Assembly (NCBI GenBank): GCA_964016885.1 | Contig: OZ024750.1 | Coordinates: forward strand, 22,134,001 to 22,198,000 | Source: Eledone cirrhosa | Taxonomy: Eukaryota | Reading direction: 5' to 3' | Length of the DNA: 64,000 nt | Shown here: positions 12,118 to 27,179 of the stretch, one piece after another | How positions within the stretch are numbered: the stretch's first letter is position 1 | Layout of the letters: every line of letters begins with the position of its first letter | The notes under the pieces: model-generated | What the model was told of the DNA's origin: nothing | Seen by the model: only the letters and a program-made list of their open reading frames with translations | The model's database searches: none | Program-made: the position numbers and the translations under genes

Positions 12118-12426
12118 TAATTGTTTCTACTTTTGCCACAATGCCAGCAATTATCCCAGTGTATTACTGGTACTTTATTTTATCGACCCCGTGAGGATGA
12201 AAGGCAAAGTTAACCTTGGTGGGATTTGAACTCAGTATGGCAAGGGCAGTAACTCTATGCGTCAAAGCATGGCGTCCGACCCTCTACCGATACTGCCAAT
12301 AATAAAATTCGATTCGTTTGTAATTATGCAAACAGCCTCTTAAGCCATGTGAGTAGAACAACCTCGTCATTCTTGCTCTTGTGTTGGCATATAAACAGAA
12401 CGGCAGACACTAATGTTTCTGGGTGA
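12118..12426 (-). mobile_element. Composite SINE S1 + family E pLTR fragment, copy of 42301-42608
   Basis: 12194-12426 reads identical to the reverse complement of 42301-42533. Confidence 0.9.
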
Positions 12427-12914
12427 TTTGTATCAGTTTCAGTGTATTACTGGTACTTTATTTTATCGACCCCGTAAGGATGAAAGGCAAAGTTAACCTC
12501 GGCGGATTTTAACTCAGAACGCAAAGGGACATAACTCTATGCTGCAAAGCATGGTGTCTGACGCTCTTCCGATATTGCCAAACCTAATATGATGAAACCT
12601 GTCTGTTGTCTCAGAGTGTATTAAAGTTACACATTTGAACAGCCGAAGCTACATACCTACATCGTAATTGCTAAAATACGCAATGGGGGAAATGTTTTTG
12701 AAATTGGTTCACTTCATAGCTGAAATGTTAAGTCTCGTCTCTTATATCTTGAATCCTGTATCATGTTTTACTCAAGGGTGGTCCTGAAGGGAAGAGGGGC
12801 GGGGAGGGGGGGGGGGGGGGGGTATTCTCTTAATTTCTTCAATAGAACTATAAGAGATGATGGCAGTTGTAAACAATCTTGGAACCACTCTGCCATAAAC
12901 TACATTATTATTTC

Positions 12915-13522
<608 letters not shown>

Positions 13523-13526
<4 letters not shown>

Positions 13527-13650
13527 ATATTTGGGGAGGGTCATATTTGCGTAATATTGCCAGAATTAATAACAGAACACACTCACTGTTTGGTTGGTTT
13601 TCGCTTCTCGCTGTCTTTTATATCTGCGATCTAACTTACTCGGTCCTCAA
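13523..13650. repeat. Dispersed (TA)n-adjacent repeat, family F
   Basis: Near-identical to 29302-29428; same left boundary against a TA tract. Confidence 0.8.
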
Positions 13651-13680
13651 TGTTGCCATTGACTGACCGACGGTCAAAAA

Positions 13681-13864
13681 TAATTGTTTCTACTTTAGGC
13701 ACAAGGCCAGCAATTACCCAGTACATTACTGGTACTTTATTTTATCGACCCCGTAAGGATGAAAGGCAAAGTTAACCTCAGCGGGATTTGAACTCAAACC
13801 GTAAAGGGACGTAACTATGCTAGAAAGCATGGCGTCCAACCCTCTACCGATACTGCCAATTCAC
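13681..13864 (-). mobile_element. SINE S1
   Basis: Matches the family consensus. Confidence 0.85.
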
Positions 13865-14018
13865 AAAAATAATACAGATACAATATAGACACAAACACAT
13901 ATATATAGTTTACATAATTTACATAAATCTTTCGTTGCACATCTGCAACATCGTCAGTGGTGTTATATTCATTGTTCCTCCTGTTGTGTTGTATGTCTAC
14001 GCCATTTTTTGTTCAGTC

Positions 14019-14145
<127 letters not shown>

Positions 14146-14154
14146 AGAGAGAGG

Positions 14155-14214
<60 letters not shown>

Positions 14215-14829
14215 GGATGTGGGTGTATATATATATGTATATATATTCGATGGGCTTCTATACAGTCTCCGTCTACCAAATTTCACGCACAAAGCATTGA
14301 TCAACCCGAAGCCATAGTAGAAGACACTTGCTCAAGGTTCCACGCAGTCAAGCTGAACTCTTTAACCATATAGCTATGCCTGCCTCTATATGTAATTTTA
14401 TTCATTTATTTACTTTTATATTTTACGCTAGACTACATTTCAAATATTTGTGACTATATGAAATGATATATTTCACTTCATAAATTAGTATATTTCTGAT
14501 TTAGTTACAAAGAGGTGAATGACAAGAGCCCTTAAATTCTGCGCTTTCTGTCGATAAGAATTACCATAAGAAACAACCTGCTGTCTTTGACGTATTCGTT
14601 GGCATGAAATTCGTTTCGGAATGTGAATTTCTATAATGCTTGTTGCTAATGGTGTTGTTGAAAATATAGTAGCAATGGGTCACAAAAGATATATGACTGA
14701 ACATTTTGACGAAAAACATATCCGCTAGCAGTGTTTATTTATCATAAGCATAATCAATATTCAATATTCATGATATTGGTTGCTTTTCATTAAGCTCCAT
14801 ATATTTCTATGAGTATATTTTTAGAGAAG

Positions 14830-14912
<83 letters not shown>

Positions 14913-15479
14913 GTGTGTGCGAAGTTCAAGTCTTTTTCTAAAAAAAACTATTTGAAATGCAAATGATGATATGACTATATCTGACACAATACACTTTTAC
15001 TTTACCATACTACTAGCTACAATATGCAAAGTAGATACCAAACTAAACTAAACTAAACTTCGGCAATCAATCGTAATCGAGGATGACTTGGTAGCATGTG
15101 TCATTGCTTCACGAACAGTTTCAGATGTCAATGTAATTGTGAGTTGATACGAACATCCTGTTCAGAGTTCAAATCCTGCTGAGGTTAACTTTGTCTTTCA
15201 TACTTTCAGATCGATAAAAATAAAAGTACCAGTCGACATGGGTGGTGGACTTAATACGCCAACCATTTTAACACCACCACCTGGTCCTTGGGGTACCTTT
15301 AGTAGAGTCTACTCTGCAGCAAGCATTCGAAGCCGGTTTCCGTTTTGAAGACACCACCCTCCTGTTCTCCTCCTTGCTAGTCTTGAAACCCTTGGAAAAT
15401 GTGTCATAAGCAATGTCCTCTCCCTGAACAAATAGTAAAAAAAAAAATGTCCAGCTCTGCCGTCGGGGTCATACTTTGT

Positions 15480-15513
<34 letters not shown>

Positions 15514-16311
15514 TATACATATATACACATACATACATATATATATGTGTGCGTGTGTGTGTACATACATACACCACACACGCATATATATATATATATA
15601 TGAATACATTCATGCATATATACCTTTGTGTGTAAGCCTGTGTGTGTGGGGGGGGGGGGGTCGTACCTATGTTTTGAAGCATCACCTTAGGAAAAGAGGG
15701 TTTTATCAGAATAAAAATCAATACATCGATTTCTGATTTTGGCGCAAGGCCATACATTTATAAGAAAGTGTGTGATATCAATTGAATCGATCGCAGAACA
15801 ATGATTGTTACCTATCTTAGCTATTTGGACGTGATAAAAGAGGTGGGGTAAACTCCACAAAAATTCATTTCAGACGTCACAGAACACGCAAGGCAGACGT
15901 CTAGATCAACCCTCTATATTTTCTATTAACCCAGGCTTGTGGTCTAAAGGTTAGGTTATTCGACTCACAGCCCTGAGTTCCATTCCTGATGGCACACCGT
16001 GTCATTGAGCAAAACACTTTTTTTTGCGTTAATCCTGTCCCCCACCAGCTTGAAAGAAAATTGAGTTGTACATGTGATTAAAAGAGCCAGCCTTGTTATA
16101 CACTGTATCACGTTAAATCTCGCCGAGAACATCGTTATGGTTACACGTGTCTGTGGAATGTTCAGCCGTTTATACATCAATTTCATAAGCAGTTTCTTCC
16201 GCTGATCGAACTAGTGGAACATTCATCACGAAACCGATAAAGGTCCATTGATTGATTGGTACAATTATGTGTGTTTGTGTGTGGATGTGTGTGTGTGCGT
16301 GCGTGTGTGTT

Positions 16312-16354
<43 letters not shown>

Positions 16355-16512
16355 TAAATGCTTGCATATTTTATAAGCAGAAGGGATTAAAGTTAAACAT
16401 AAATCTACCGTCCTGTCTTTCAGCTTTCCTGTCAGTTAAATGTGAGACGTACATTACTAATATTATGCTTAGTAATACTTCATATATATAATATGTATAT
16501 ATATATATAATA

Positions 16513-16589
<77 letters not shown>

Positions 16590-16597
16590 TATATATA

Positions 16598-16719
<122 letters not shown>

Positions 16720-17121
16720 AAAACAATGAAATAAAAAATCAAGTCATTAGAGATATACTTCACTGCTTTACGATCGTTTCTAGATGATGATAATACATTG
16801 TAGCTATACTTCGTTATTGATCTATGTAAGGTTAGTTACAAAATATCAGATAAAGAGAATATTTACTTACATGCATATCACCAGCTGTTTTCAAAAGCAA
16901 TAATAATTTTATTCAGAATTAGTAGTATGTTAGTATCTTGTCCTTATTTGGAGGCAGTTGAAGAACTAACCAATCAAATTGTTTTGTTTTTTCCATATGG
17001 TGTTAAGATGAAAAGTAAATAAGTTTAGTTGAGGTCATGACCCTTTGAAAGGAATTGTTGAATGGTGTTAATAATACGACGAAAGCTTCAATACACCCGT
17101 CCCCCACAACACACACATATA

Positions 17122-17178
<57 letters not shown>

Positions 17179-17212
17179 GGGGGGGGGGGTATTGAAGCTT
17201 TCGTCGTATTAT

Positions 17213-17361
17213 TTTTACTAAAGAAATTTTAACCTGATAGTGGGGTTTAGAACCCTCTAGGAAATGGAAAAAGATGAGTATTGACGTCAATACTCATCTT
17301 TTTCAATTTCTTGAAGGGTTCTAAACCCCACTATCAGGTTAAAATTTCTTTAGTCAAAAAA
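17213..17361. repeat. Near-perfect palindrome with no loop, centred on TTGAC/GTCAA
   Basis: Arms of about 72 bp; an adjacent second inverted repeat (17070-17094 / 17189-17213) encloses a TA tract. Confidence 0.85.
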
Positions 17362-17375
17362 AATATATATATATA

Positions 17376-17848
17376 CGGGATAACAGGTTATCGTTGTAGG
17401 CAGTCCACTTAGATGTAGTCCAGTTAGAGTACTCCGTGCAGTGGATGGTGTTAACGTATGGCTCAGTTTGACTCAACAAGACGTTTCCATAGTGATGCTG
17501 CAAGTTCGCAGTGATTTTTATGTAGTTGGATTACTTGGAGTAATCATAATTCAAGAAAGAAGAGTGACATGGTTTGCTATACAATAAGGGCTTTATTCAC
17601 ATTGCTGGCAATTGTTTCTTTGATTTGGCAGGTCTAGAGATCGCTACTCGCTTGATTTTGCGTCAATCGATCTCCAATACTTTGTTTATAACCAGTCGTT
17701 TTCATCAGAGCGTGCGTTTTCATCAGATTGACGCAAAATCAAGCGAGTAGCGATCTCTAGACCTGCCAGATCAAAGAAACAATTGTCAGCAATGTGAATA
17801 AAGCCCTTATTATATAGCAAACCATGTCACTTTTCTTTCTTGAATTAT
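17376..17848 (-). mobile_element. (TA)n-flanked inverted-repeat element with degenerate hammerhead (17598-17714)
   Basis: Arms 17546-17669 and 17727-17848; minus CACGCT-CTGATGA-(long insert)-GAAA-CAATTG-CC-AGC AAT GTG; the plus arm has GAAACAATTGTC. Confidence 0.6.
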
Positions 17849-17868
17849 ACATATATATATATATATAC

Positions 17869-17956
<88 letters not shown>

Positions 17957-18129
17957 CGTCCCTTCACGCACAAGGCGCCAAGGTACGCATGTATTGTCCA
18001 ACCAAGTGCCAATGTGGTTCAATGGCGGGTTAATAAATTAACGAGCCAGAACAAATATAAACAAGGTTTAGTAAATAATGAAAAAGTTTCAAAATAAATT
18101 TAAAAAAATTGACTTTACCTACTATAGTT

Positions 18130-18212
18130 ACCTTTACCGATCGGTTTCGAATCCCAAAAATAAAACGGAGACCATACGGCCTTCGTTGCAAAGAAAGATT
18201 CTCGTCAGAAGG

Positions 18213-18213
<1 letters not shown>
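18130..18213 (-). ncRNA. Type I hammerhead ribozyme (family H) with extended stem II
   Basis: Stem I ACCTT/AAGGT; core CTGACGA; stem II GAATCT/GGATTC; GAAA; palindromic stem III ACCGATCGGT; GUA cleavage triplet; starts immediately at the (TA)n edge of a TA-flanked element (about 17950-18213). Confidence 0.8.
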
Positions 18214-18297
<84 letters not shown>

Positions 18298-18302
18298 CAT
18301 AA

Positions 18303-18338
<36 letters not shown>

Positions 18339-18392
18339 AAAGTTTAAAATTATCTCATACTCTCTGAGAATAAATATATATATATATATATA

Positions 18393-18455
<63 letters not shown>

Positions 18456-18456
18456 T

Positions 18457-18493
<37 letters not shown>

Positions 18494-18816
18494 TTATGTA
18501 TATATATATATATATATATATTTATTCTCAGAGAGTATGAGATAATTTTAAACTTTCTTTCGTACGTAACAGACCTACCACTTAAAAAGGTTAGTGTGTG
18601 TATGTGTGTATGCGAACGCTTGTGCGTATATATATGTCTCTGTGTATGTGGGACAAAATTTCAAGTGCCTTATTTTAAAATTGTTACTTTTGGTGTAGGG
18701 GTGGGGTGGGGTTGCGGTGGGGTGGGGTGTGGTGGGGTGCTATTGACCTCATTGTTGTTGCTGTTATTCTAATATTAGAAATTTAAACTGGTGGCCTTGT
18801 ACCTGTTAGAAACGAT

Positions 18817-18863
18817 TGCTACTACTACTACTGCTACTACTACTGCTACTGCTACTACTGCTG

Positions 18864-18904
<41 letters not shown>

Positions 18905-18947
18905 ACTGCTACTGCAGCTACTGTTGCTGCTACTGCTACTGTTGCTG

Positions 18948-18979
<32 letters not shown>

Positions 18980-19037
18980 ACTGCTGCTGTTACTACTACT
19001 ACTACTACTGCTGCTGTTGCTAATACTACTACTGTTG

Positions 19038-19082
<45 letters not shown>

Positions 19083-19107
19083 TTGCTGCTACTACTACTA
19101 CTACTAC

Positions 19108-19141
<34 letters not shown>

Positions 19142-19238
19142 GCTGCTGCTGCTACTACTACTACTACTACTATTGCTACTACTACTACTACTACTACTAC
19201 TACTAATAATACTACTACTACTACTACTACTACTACTA
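18817..19238. repeat. Compound (TAC/TGC)n trinucleotide repeat
   Basis: Direct read. Confidence 0.95.
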
Positions 19239-19458
19239 GTAGGTAAAATATCTTAGGGTATTTAGTTAAGCCCTTTACGTTCTGAGTTCCAATCTCGCAT
19301 AGGTCAACTTTACCTTTCATCCTTCCGAGGTCGATAAAATAAAATACCAATAAATTATTGATGTCAATATAATCGATTTTCTCTTTCCCCCACCCCAAAT
19401 AACTGACCAAGAATCGCTGCTTTCACCCTTAACGAATTTTAGTCTTCACATTTATTAT

Positions 19459-19797
<339 letters not shown>

Positions 19798-19798
19798 T

Positions 19799-19835
<37 letters not shown>

Positions 19836-20079
19836 GTATGTATATATATGTATGTATGTATCTATGTGTGTATGTGTCTCTGTGATTGGGTATGTGTGAT
19901 TTTTGTGTGTATGTGACCGCTGTTGACTATGTATGTGACTGTATGTGTGTGTGTGTAACTGAATATGTGTGTGAGCGGTGATGTGGCTACTTTATTTATA
20001 CTTAACCTCATTGACATCACCATTTTGAGAAAGTGTAGAGCACGTCTCCAGTGAAATCATATATAAACACACGCATATT

Positions 20080-20139
<60 letters not shown>

Positions 20140-20180
20140 CACGTGTGTGCATATATATGTGTGTGTGTGTGTGTATGTGT

Positions 20181-20308
20181 ATCCCGGGTTCAATCGGGGG
20201 TAACCACAGTAAGTAAGGTACTCAATACATAGCAGAGTATAGATGTTTAATATAGAAATGGCTTCTCCAGGAAAAGAACTGTTTCATTCGAAGGAAATCA
20301 TCAGGAAA
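20181..20308 (-). mobile_element. Family A pLTR remnant (single arm)
   Basis: Homologous to 5801-5930; ends at the CTGATGA core; cleavage triplet mutated. Confidence 0.75.
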
Positions 20309-20316
20309 AATATATT

Positions 20317-20365
<49 letters not shown>

Positions 20366-20933
20366 TATTTATTTATATATATATATATATAAATAAATAA
20401 TGTATATATATTGAAGTTGGTATGATCGATTAAAACCTTTTAATGCGATGCCTCGGCATGGCCGCAATCTATTGACTGAAACCAGTAATGGAATTTGAAA
20501 AAAATAAAAGAAATAACTAGAAATAACTAGAAATAACTAGAAGACATTTTCTCTCGAAATGAATTTAATGTCAGGAAAATATTAGCTACTAGAAATTCTT
20601 CACTTTCTAAAGAAATTTTTATTATTTTACGAATTTCTCTTTCCTGTAGCTATACAAATATTCTTCCCAGTTTTACAGTTAGTATAGGAGACAAGAATAT
20701 TCTCTTTGAACTATTAGCTTTGGACTGCAACAGAATATCCGGTTGTCATTAATATTTAAAATGTTAACAATGAAGTATGATTTCTCGACTGCTTCTAGCA
20801 TTAACAAGTGAAATCAAGCAGTTTAATATATTATTTGGTGCGATTACAGTTTCAATCAGTAGTTATGGAGTAGATTCTTGCCAATTGTCTCTTCACTTTA
20901 ATGTGTATCATTTCCTTACATCATGATAAATGT

Positions 20934-21230
20934 GGAGGTGTGTGGTTTTGTAGACTGGGTGTTTAGGTCACGATCGTGAGTTCGATTCGTGGCGGTACGT
21001 TGTATACTTGAGCAAGACACTTTATTTCACGTCGCTTCAATCCATTCAACTATAAAAGAAAATGAGTTGTACTTGTAGTTCAAAGGACGAGCCTTGTCAC
21101 ACCCTGTACCACGTCTAAGCTCCCCAAGAACTAAGTTCAGGTTAAGAGCACTGTTATTTTTGCCAGCAGGCTGTTCCATTGGTTAAAAAACTGAAACGCT
21201 CATCGTCTGAACCGACGGAAGTCCAACACT
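20934..21230 (+). mobile_element. tRNA-derived SINE, family S2
   Basis: GAGTTCGATTC B-box, TTGAGCAAGACACTTTATTTC core, ..AACCGACGG end; relatives at about 15945-16240, 52415-52550, 62980-63305. Confidence 0.65.
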
Positions 21231-21859
21231 AATACGCAAACACACACACACACACACATCTCTCTCACCACCCACACACATGGTAAAAGATACATTCATT
21301 CTGCCGTCTATCCTCAGAATGGTTGTGCTTTGTTGTGGCTAATAGTATGGAGTTCCATAACTGCTATTGATCAGTATACACGTCGATAAATATTTCTGCC
21401 CACTGAAACGATCGTAAAACAATGGGTTATTTAACTACTACACCTTGTCTTATTTTTTTCATTTTTCAACATTATATATATATATATATGCATGTATATA
21501 TATATATATATTTCATATATTATATTATATATATGTGTGTGTTTGTGTGTATGTGTGTGTAATGTAGTGGGTGTTGCATCCGTGTTTGCGTAATTTAATA
21601 TTTAGACAAAAATAGATCGATATAAGTACTAGACTTTAAAATATAAATACTGGGGTCGATATGAAGGGCTACCCCAATATGGCCGCAACCTAACGACTGA
21701 AACCAGTAAAAAAAATAATATATCTTTTAACATACATTTAAAACATGACGTGGCCCATTAGGCTATGTGACCCTCTACTCAAGCCCACTTAGCCCTTATG
21801 TAAATCTGGCAATGAACATTAAATAAAATTGAATTAATTTTACAGCTCACACTTATGTA

Positions 21860-22625
21860 GGTTTTGTTGATTTCCTACGAAGTTGTATACTATAAGATGT
21901 TTCTCAGGTGTTTTAATGATAGGGTCCTCAGTCTTATCATACACACACACACGTATGTATGTCATTGTTACAGTACACACCTAATCAAGTTTAGCTGGCC
22001 ACATAAAAGGTTTCATCTTATAGGAGATTCTCGGATGTTTTAATGATAGGGTCCCCAGTCTTATCATACGCACATATGTATATTGTTGTTTCATCTCACA
22101 CCTACACATGTTTGCTGGCTTTCTATAAAGTTATACCTCATATGTGGTTTCTTGGGTGTATTAATGATAGGGTCCCCAGTCTTATCATACGCACATATGT
22201 ATATTGTTGTTTCATCTCACACCTACACATGTTTGCTGGCTTTCTACCTCATATGTGGTTTCTTGGGTGTATTAATTATAGGGTCCCCAGTCTTATCATA
22301 CACACATATGCAAGTTATTACAGCTCAGACCATTGCAAGTTTGCTGGTCTTCTATAAGATCGCATCCCATAGGAAGTTGCTCAGGTGTTTTAATGATAGG
22401 ATCACAAGTCTTATCCTAAGAAGCAACGTGGATGTTTGTGCCGTGCTGAAGAACACTACGCACCACCCGATCCAGGGATCGAACCTATGGCATTTATGCA
22501 AGTTGTTACAGCTCAGACCTTTGTAAGTTTGCTGGCCTTCTATAAGATCGCATCCCATAGGAAGTTTCTCGGGTGTTTTAATGATAGGGTCATTAAAGGT
22601 TTCTCAGAAGTTTTAATGATAGCCC
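21860..22625. repeat. Degenerate tandem repeat, unit about 120 bp, 5-6 copies
   Basis: Recurrent TTTAATGATAGGGTCCCCAGTCTTATC at about 21913, 22041, 22162, 22272, 22391, 22579. Confidence 0.8.
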
Positions 22626-22842
22626 GATCCAGGAATCGAACCCATGGCCTTATGAATGTGGGTCCAACATCTTAACCAAGCAGCCACGTGCCTTGACAAT
22701 CCGATATCGATATAGAAGAACCTTCGGTGGAAGAAAGTTAACCCCATTGGTAAGAATACAATAACTTAAAGTACATACAAAATAAGGAAGTTAAGCTTTA
22801 CAGTTGTTCATACGAGACGATTAAACATTGGTCATTATATCA

Positions 22843-23027
22843 GGTGGATTGGCAGTATCGGTAGAGGCTCGGACGCCATGCTTTCCAGCATAGTTACGTC
22901 CCTTTACGATTTGAGTTCAAATCCCGCCGAGGTTGACTTTGCCTTTCATCCTTACGGGGTCGATAAAATAAAGTACCAGTAATGCACTGGGTAATTGCTG
23001 GCCTTGTGCCTAAAGTAGAAACAATTA
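22843..23027 (+). mobile_element. SINE S1
   Basis: Full-length consensus match; further copies at 24198-24410(+), 25800-25986(-), 35218-35389(-), 52827-52961(-), 56311-56494(-), and older copies near 44510, 45733, 46113, 48180, 48850, 51740. Confidence 0.85.
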
Positions 23028-23207
23028 TATCAGCTGATACATTTCAACACTAATTCGTTAATCCAAAATAATTTGAGATATTTAATATATTCCAATTGGA
23101 AACATATGTTATTGTCAAATGGCTGCTCTATGCAAATTTGAGGAAAGTAATTTACTACTGATAATAATCGTAATGATGATAATGACGATGGTGATGACAA
23201 CGACGAC

Positions 23208-23240
<33 letters not shown>

Positions 23241-26200
23241 GGTGGTGATGGTGGTGGTGGTGGTAATGTTAACTAATACACTAAGAAGCCACAGTTGCTG
23301 ACGGGACACAAGGGACATGAGGACGTTTATGTTAAAACTACTACTACTACTACTACTACTACTACTGCTACTACCACTACTACTATTACCACTACTACTA
23401 CTATTATTGCCACTACTACTATTATTACCACTACTACTGCCACTACCACCACCACTATTACTACTACTACTACTACTTCTACTCTTTTCCTTCTCCTTCA
23501 TCGTATTCTCTCCTTATTTTCTTCTGCCATTTTCTTTTCCTCCTCCTACTCTTCTTCCTCCCCCTCCTCCTCCTTTTCCTCCTCTATTTTTTACTTCTTT
23601 CTTTCTCCTCTTTCTCCTTCTCCTTCTCCTCAGATATTGGAAAGTCCTAGTGCTGGTAATAAGATACGAAGAGATTTATTCTATAGATCTTCTTGTTAAT
23701 GTTGTTGTTGTTGTTGTTATTGTCGTCGGCGTTGCTGTTGTTATTGTTTCATAGCTTAGTCAGTGTAGGAAGAGAGGAACTCATAAACCCTTTTCAGGGT
23801 CTAGATGACTGGTAGTGGGGGGTGGGGGGGGAGACCAGTTCGATTAAGTCTGCCCCAGAGTAACAGAAACATCGCACACGGCAAAGTTCCACACGGCTTC
23901 CATCTAAATTTTACTGAGAGGTTTATCAACCCTTAGACTATGGTAGAAATCTTTGCTCAAAGTGCTGTGCAATGGAACAAACCTTAGCCCACATAGTTGC
24001 CAAGTACTGTTAAATCAGCTACAATGTAGCCCAGTGGTTGGGGTGCGGTGTGCTCTTGAGCAAGACATTTCATTTTATATTGCTCTTCATTCTAGGATTT
24101 AGACTCTTATCAAAACATCCGATAAACCTCAACACACACATATGTGTGTATGGTAACACTGAAGTTCTTATTGTTAAAAAAACCTGATGAAGGGTTGTGG
24201 ATTGGCAGTACCGCTAGATGGTCGGAAAATATGCTTTGCGGCATATAATTACGTCCCTTTACGTTCTGAGTTCAAATTCCGCCGAGGTTAGCTTTGCTTT
24301 TCATCCTTATGGGGTCGATAAAATAAAGTACCAGTAATGTACTGAGGTCAATTTAATCGACTTTTCCTTCCTCAAAAAATGCTGGCCTTGTGCCTCAATC
24401 AGAAACCATTATTATAAACACTCCATAAACCTCCTATTAAATACAACCTCGTGGGAGGTCAGCTAAACCCACATAGGTGTGAGCTGTAAATTTAATTTCA
24501 TTTACATTTCGTTTTCATGTTATGTTACGTATAAAGTTAAACCCCTCGGATAATATATACAGATTCAAATATAAAATATGAAATTAGATGTAATTCCCCA
24601 CAAGTCTCTCTCTCTCTACCTTCTCGTGTTTTCCTTCAAACAAGTGTGCCAACACAACCTTAGTTGACGGATTCGAAAGAGCTATGAGAAAGAGAAAATT
24701 ATGTTAGAGTTCCACGTGTCTTGGGATATTCAAACACTGGAACATTCATCATCCAAGACAAACAAGCCTTTCACTAGACGTAAACAGTTTATTTAAAGTG
24801 AGAAAGAGAACTTTTATAGACAACTGCTTCTAAACCTACAACTTCTCTAGTCATATCATATATTTGTATTATTTATTAAATGTAAAAATATATCATGTAA
24901 ATACAATTAAATAGAAAAAGAGAATAATTTGTGGACATGATGACCATGTTACTATTCTTAGAAATTTTAGAGCGGAACAAATCTGTGAGGCAAGGGCAAT
25001 CACCCAGTGTTTGGTATTCTGAGTCTGCGAAGCATTTGTAATGATTATTTTTAGCATTTTATTAGTGTTTTAAGTCTTTTAACCTTCATTTCTGATGTAA
25101 AGAAAAGGCATGTAGTATTTGACACAAAATGTAAACTGACTGTACAAAATCAAATTTAGGACTACGTTAAAATAAGCGCTGATTCTTGGTTAGGTTACAG
25201 TGCTTGGTTATGCTACAAAGCTGTCGAAACCGACAGAGGTCTATTTTTTATAAGCTTAATTTTCAAACAAGGCGACGAATTGGCAGAATTGTTAGATAAA
25301 CGAATTAAATACCTCAGTATTTTTTCCAACTTTCTGCCCTCTGAGTTCAAATCCGGGGTCAACTTTGCCTTTCGATATTCTGAAGGCGATAAATAAAATA
25401 GCAGTCCAGTACTGGTGTTGATTCTTCTTCTACATCTCTCTATCACTTTCTCTTGCGGAGCCCATCTCGCCCGGAGTGGGGTAGGCTCCGCCAGGTTTAA
25501 ATTACTCAAGGGCATGCCATGTGGCAAAAAACGACGACCCAACGACTCTATTAGAAATTAAATGTTTGTTTTTTACTTTAAAATAAAACTATATTTCTCA
25601 ACACTCCAAGCCGACCTCGCTCGACCCTAGGGCTACCTCCCTATTCACCACTATAGGCGCTGAGTTGGAATGGTTCTTCCAGCGCATCTCCCTCATCATC
25701 CACCTTCTCCATTCTGTCTGCCAGGGCTGTGGGGAGGCCAGCACATGGGACCCCATTTACTTACCATTTATGAATAAACCAATGAATGTACGAAGATAAT
25801 AATTGTTTCTACTTTTGGCACAAGGCCAGCAATTACCCAGTGTATTACTGGTACTTTATTTTATCGACCCCATAAGGATGAAAGGCAAAGTTAACCTCGG
25901 CGGGATTTGAACTCAGAATGGCAAGGGCCGTAACTCTATGCGTCAAAGCATGGCGTCCGACCCTCTACCGATACTGCCAATCCACCGCCCATGCGGTGTT
26001 TAGAGAAGTTAATGAAGAGAAGTTAATGAAGAGCTGTATACTTCTATTTATATTTTCCTATCTTTGAGAAAAAGAACGGATGTGTGACATTTGAATCAAT
26101 CGATGTTGAAGATCTTCTACAATAAATTGATTGAATTGTTTCATATTTCTTTCCCAAGCTTTCTTTATATCTGGTTACTATAGTGATCATGTGTATATAT

Positions 26201-26368
26201 ATATATGTATATATTTTTTATATGTGTATATGTGTGTGCATGTGTGTGTGTGGTGTGTGTGTGTCTGTGTGTGTTTGTGTATATGTGTGTCTATGTTTGT
26301 GCTTGTGTACGCATACACAAAATGCACATATTGAATGTGGGAGGTTTGCTCTCATTTCTTAAATCATT

Positions 26369-26449
<81 letters not shown>

Positions 26450-27028
26450 ATCAATGATTGTGATTATGTTTGTAAAACCACGAGATATTTCATATAGACC
26501 ATTAAGGAAAATAGTGCTAGGACCCGCTGATGACTAGGTTCTTGTCTTTGCTTAGTTATTCCAGCGTCTTAGCTACGCTATCGTCTGCGGCGATGCCATG
26601 AGTATATTGGCTTACCTCAAAATTATTTGAGGAAACTCCAGCGCCCTCTGTTATAGTGTGTAATTCTAACCATTTTTATTTTTTTATTTTTTTTTATTTG
26701 CTGTTTTCCTTCAATATTTTTTTTCTGATTAATTTCTTACTGCAACTTATCCCAGAGAACTTCTATTTCTAGCAGGTCCAACGACCACTAAGTGGGTCAC
26801 TTATTGACTCGTTACTTACTATGTAATATTGCTTTAGGGGACAGTTATGTAGGGTTCTGAGTTCCTATGGCATTCTTCATAGGAAGGATTAATTAGAAGT
26901 ATATTCAGTCTGAAATGTTGGCCTAGGTTCTGTGCAGTCTGGTATTGTAATATTATAACTGCAAGTGTTGTAAATAACTATAGGTGGGTGTCACTGGTAT
27001 ATACTGTATATATATATATGTGTGTATG

Positions 27029-27110
<82 letters not shown>

Positions 27111-27113
<3 letters not shown>

Positions 27114-27179
27114 GGTATCCAAAAAAATGTATACACACTTAACAGCATTATAATCAAATGTGTATACATTTTTGGGACA

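Noticed and set aside
14158-14214. Other (GATA)n tracts (14158-14214, 59505-59560) as Tx1 remnants
   Set aside because: No element sequence adjacent; they are empty potential targets
22843-22930. tRNA genes suggested by A/B boxes
   Set aside because: These are SINE heads continuing into a shared SINE body; no full cloverleaf
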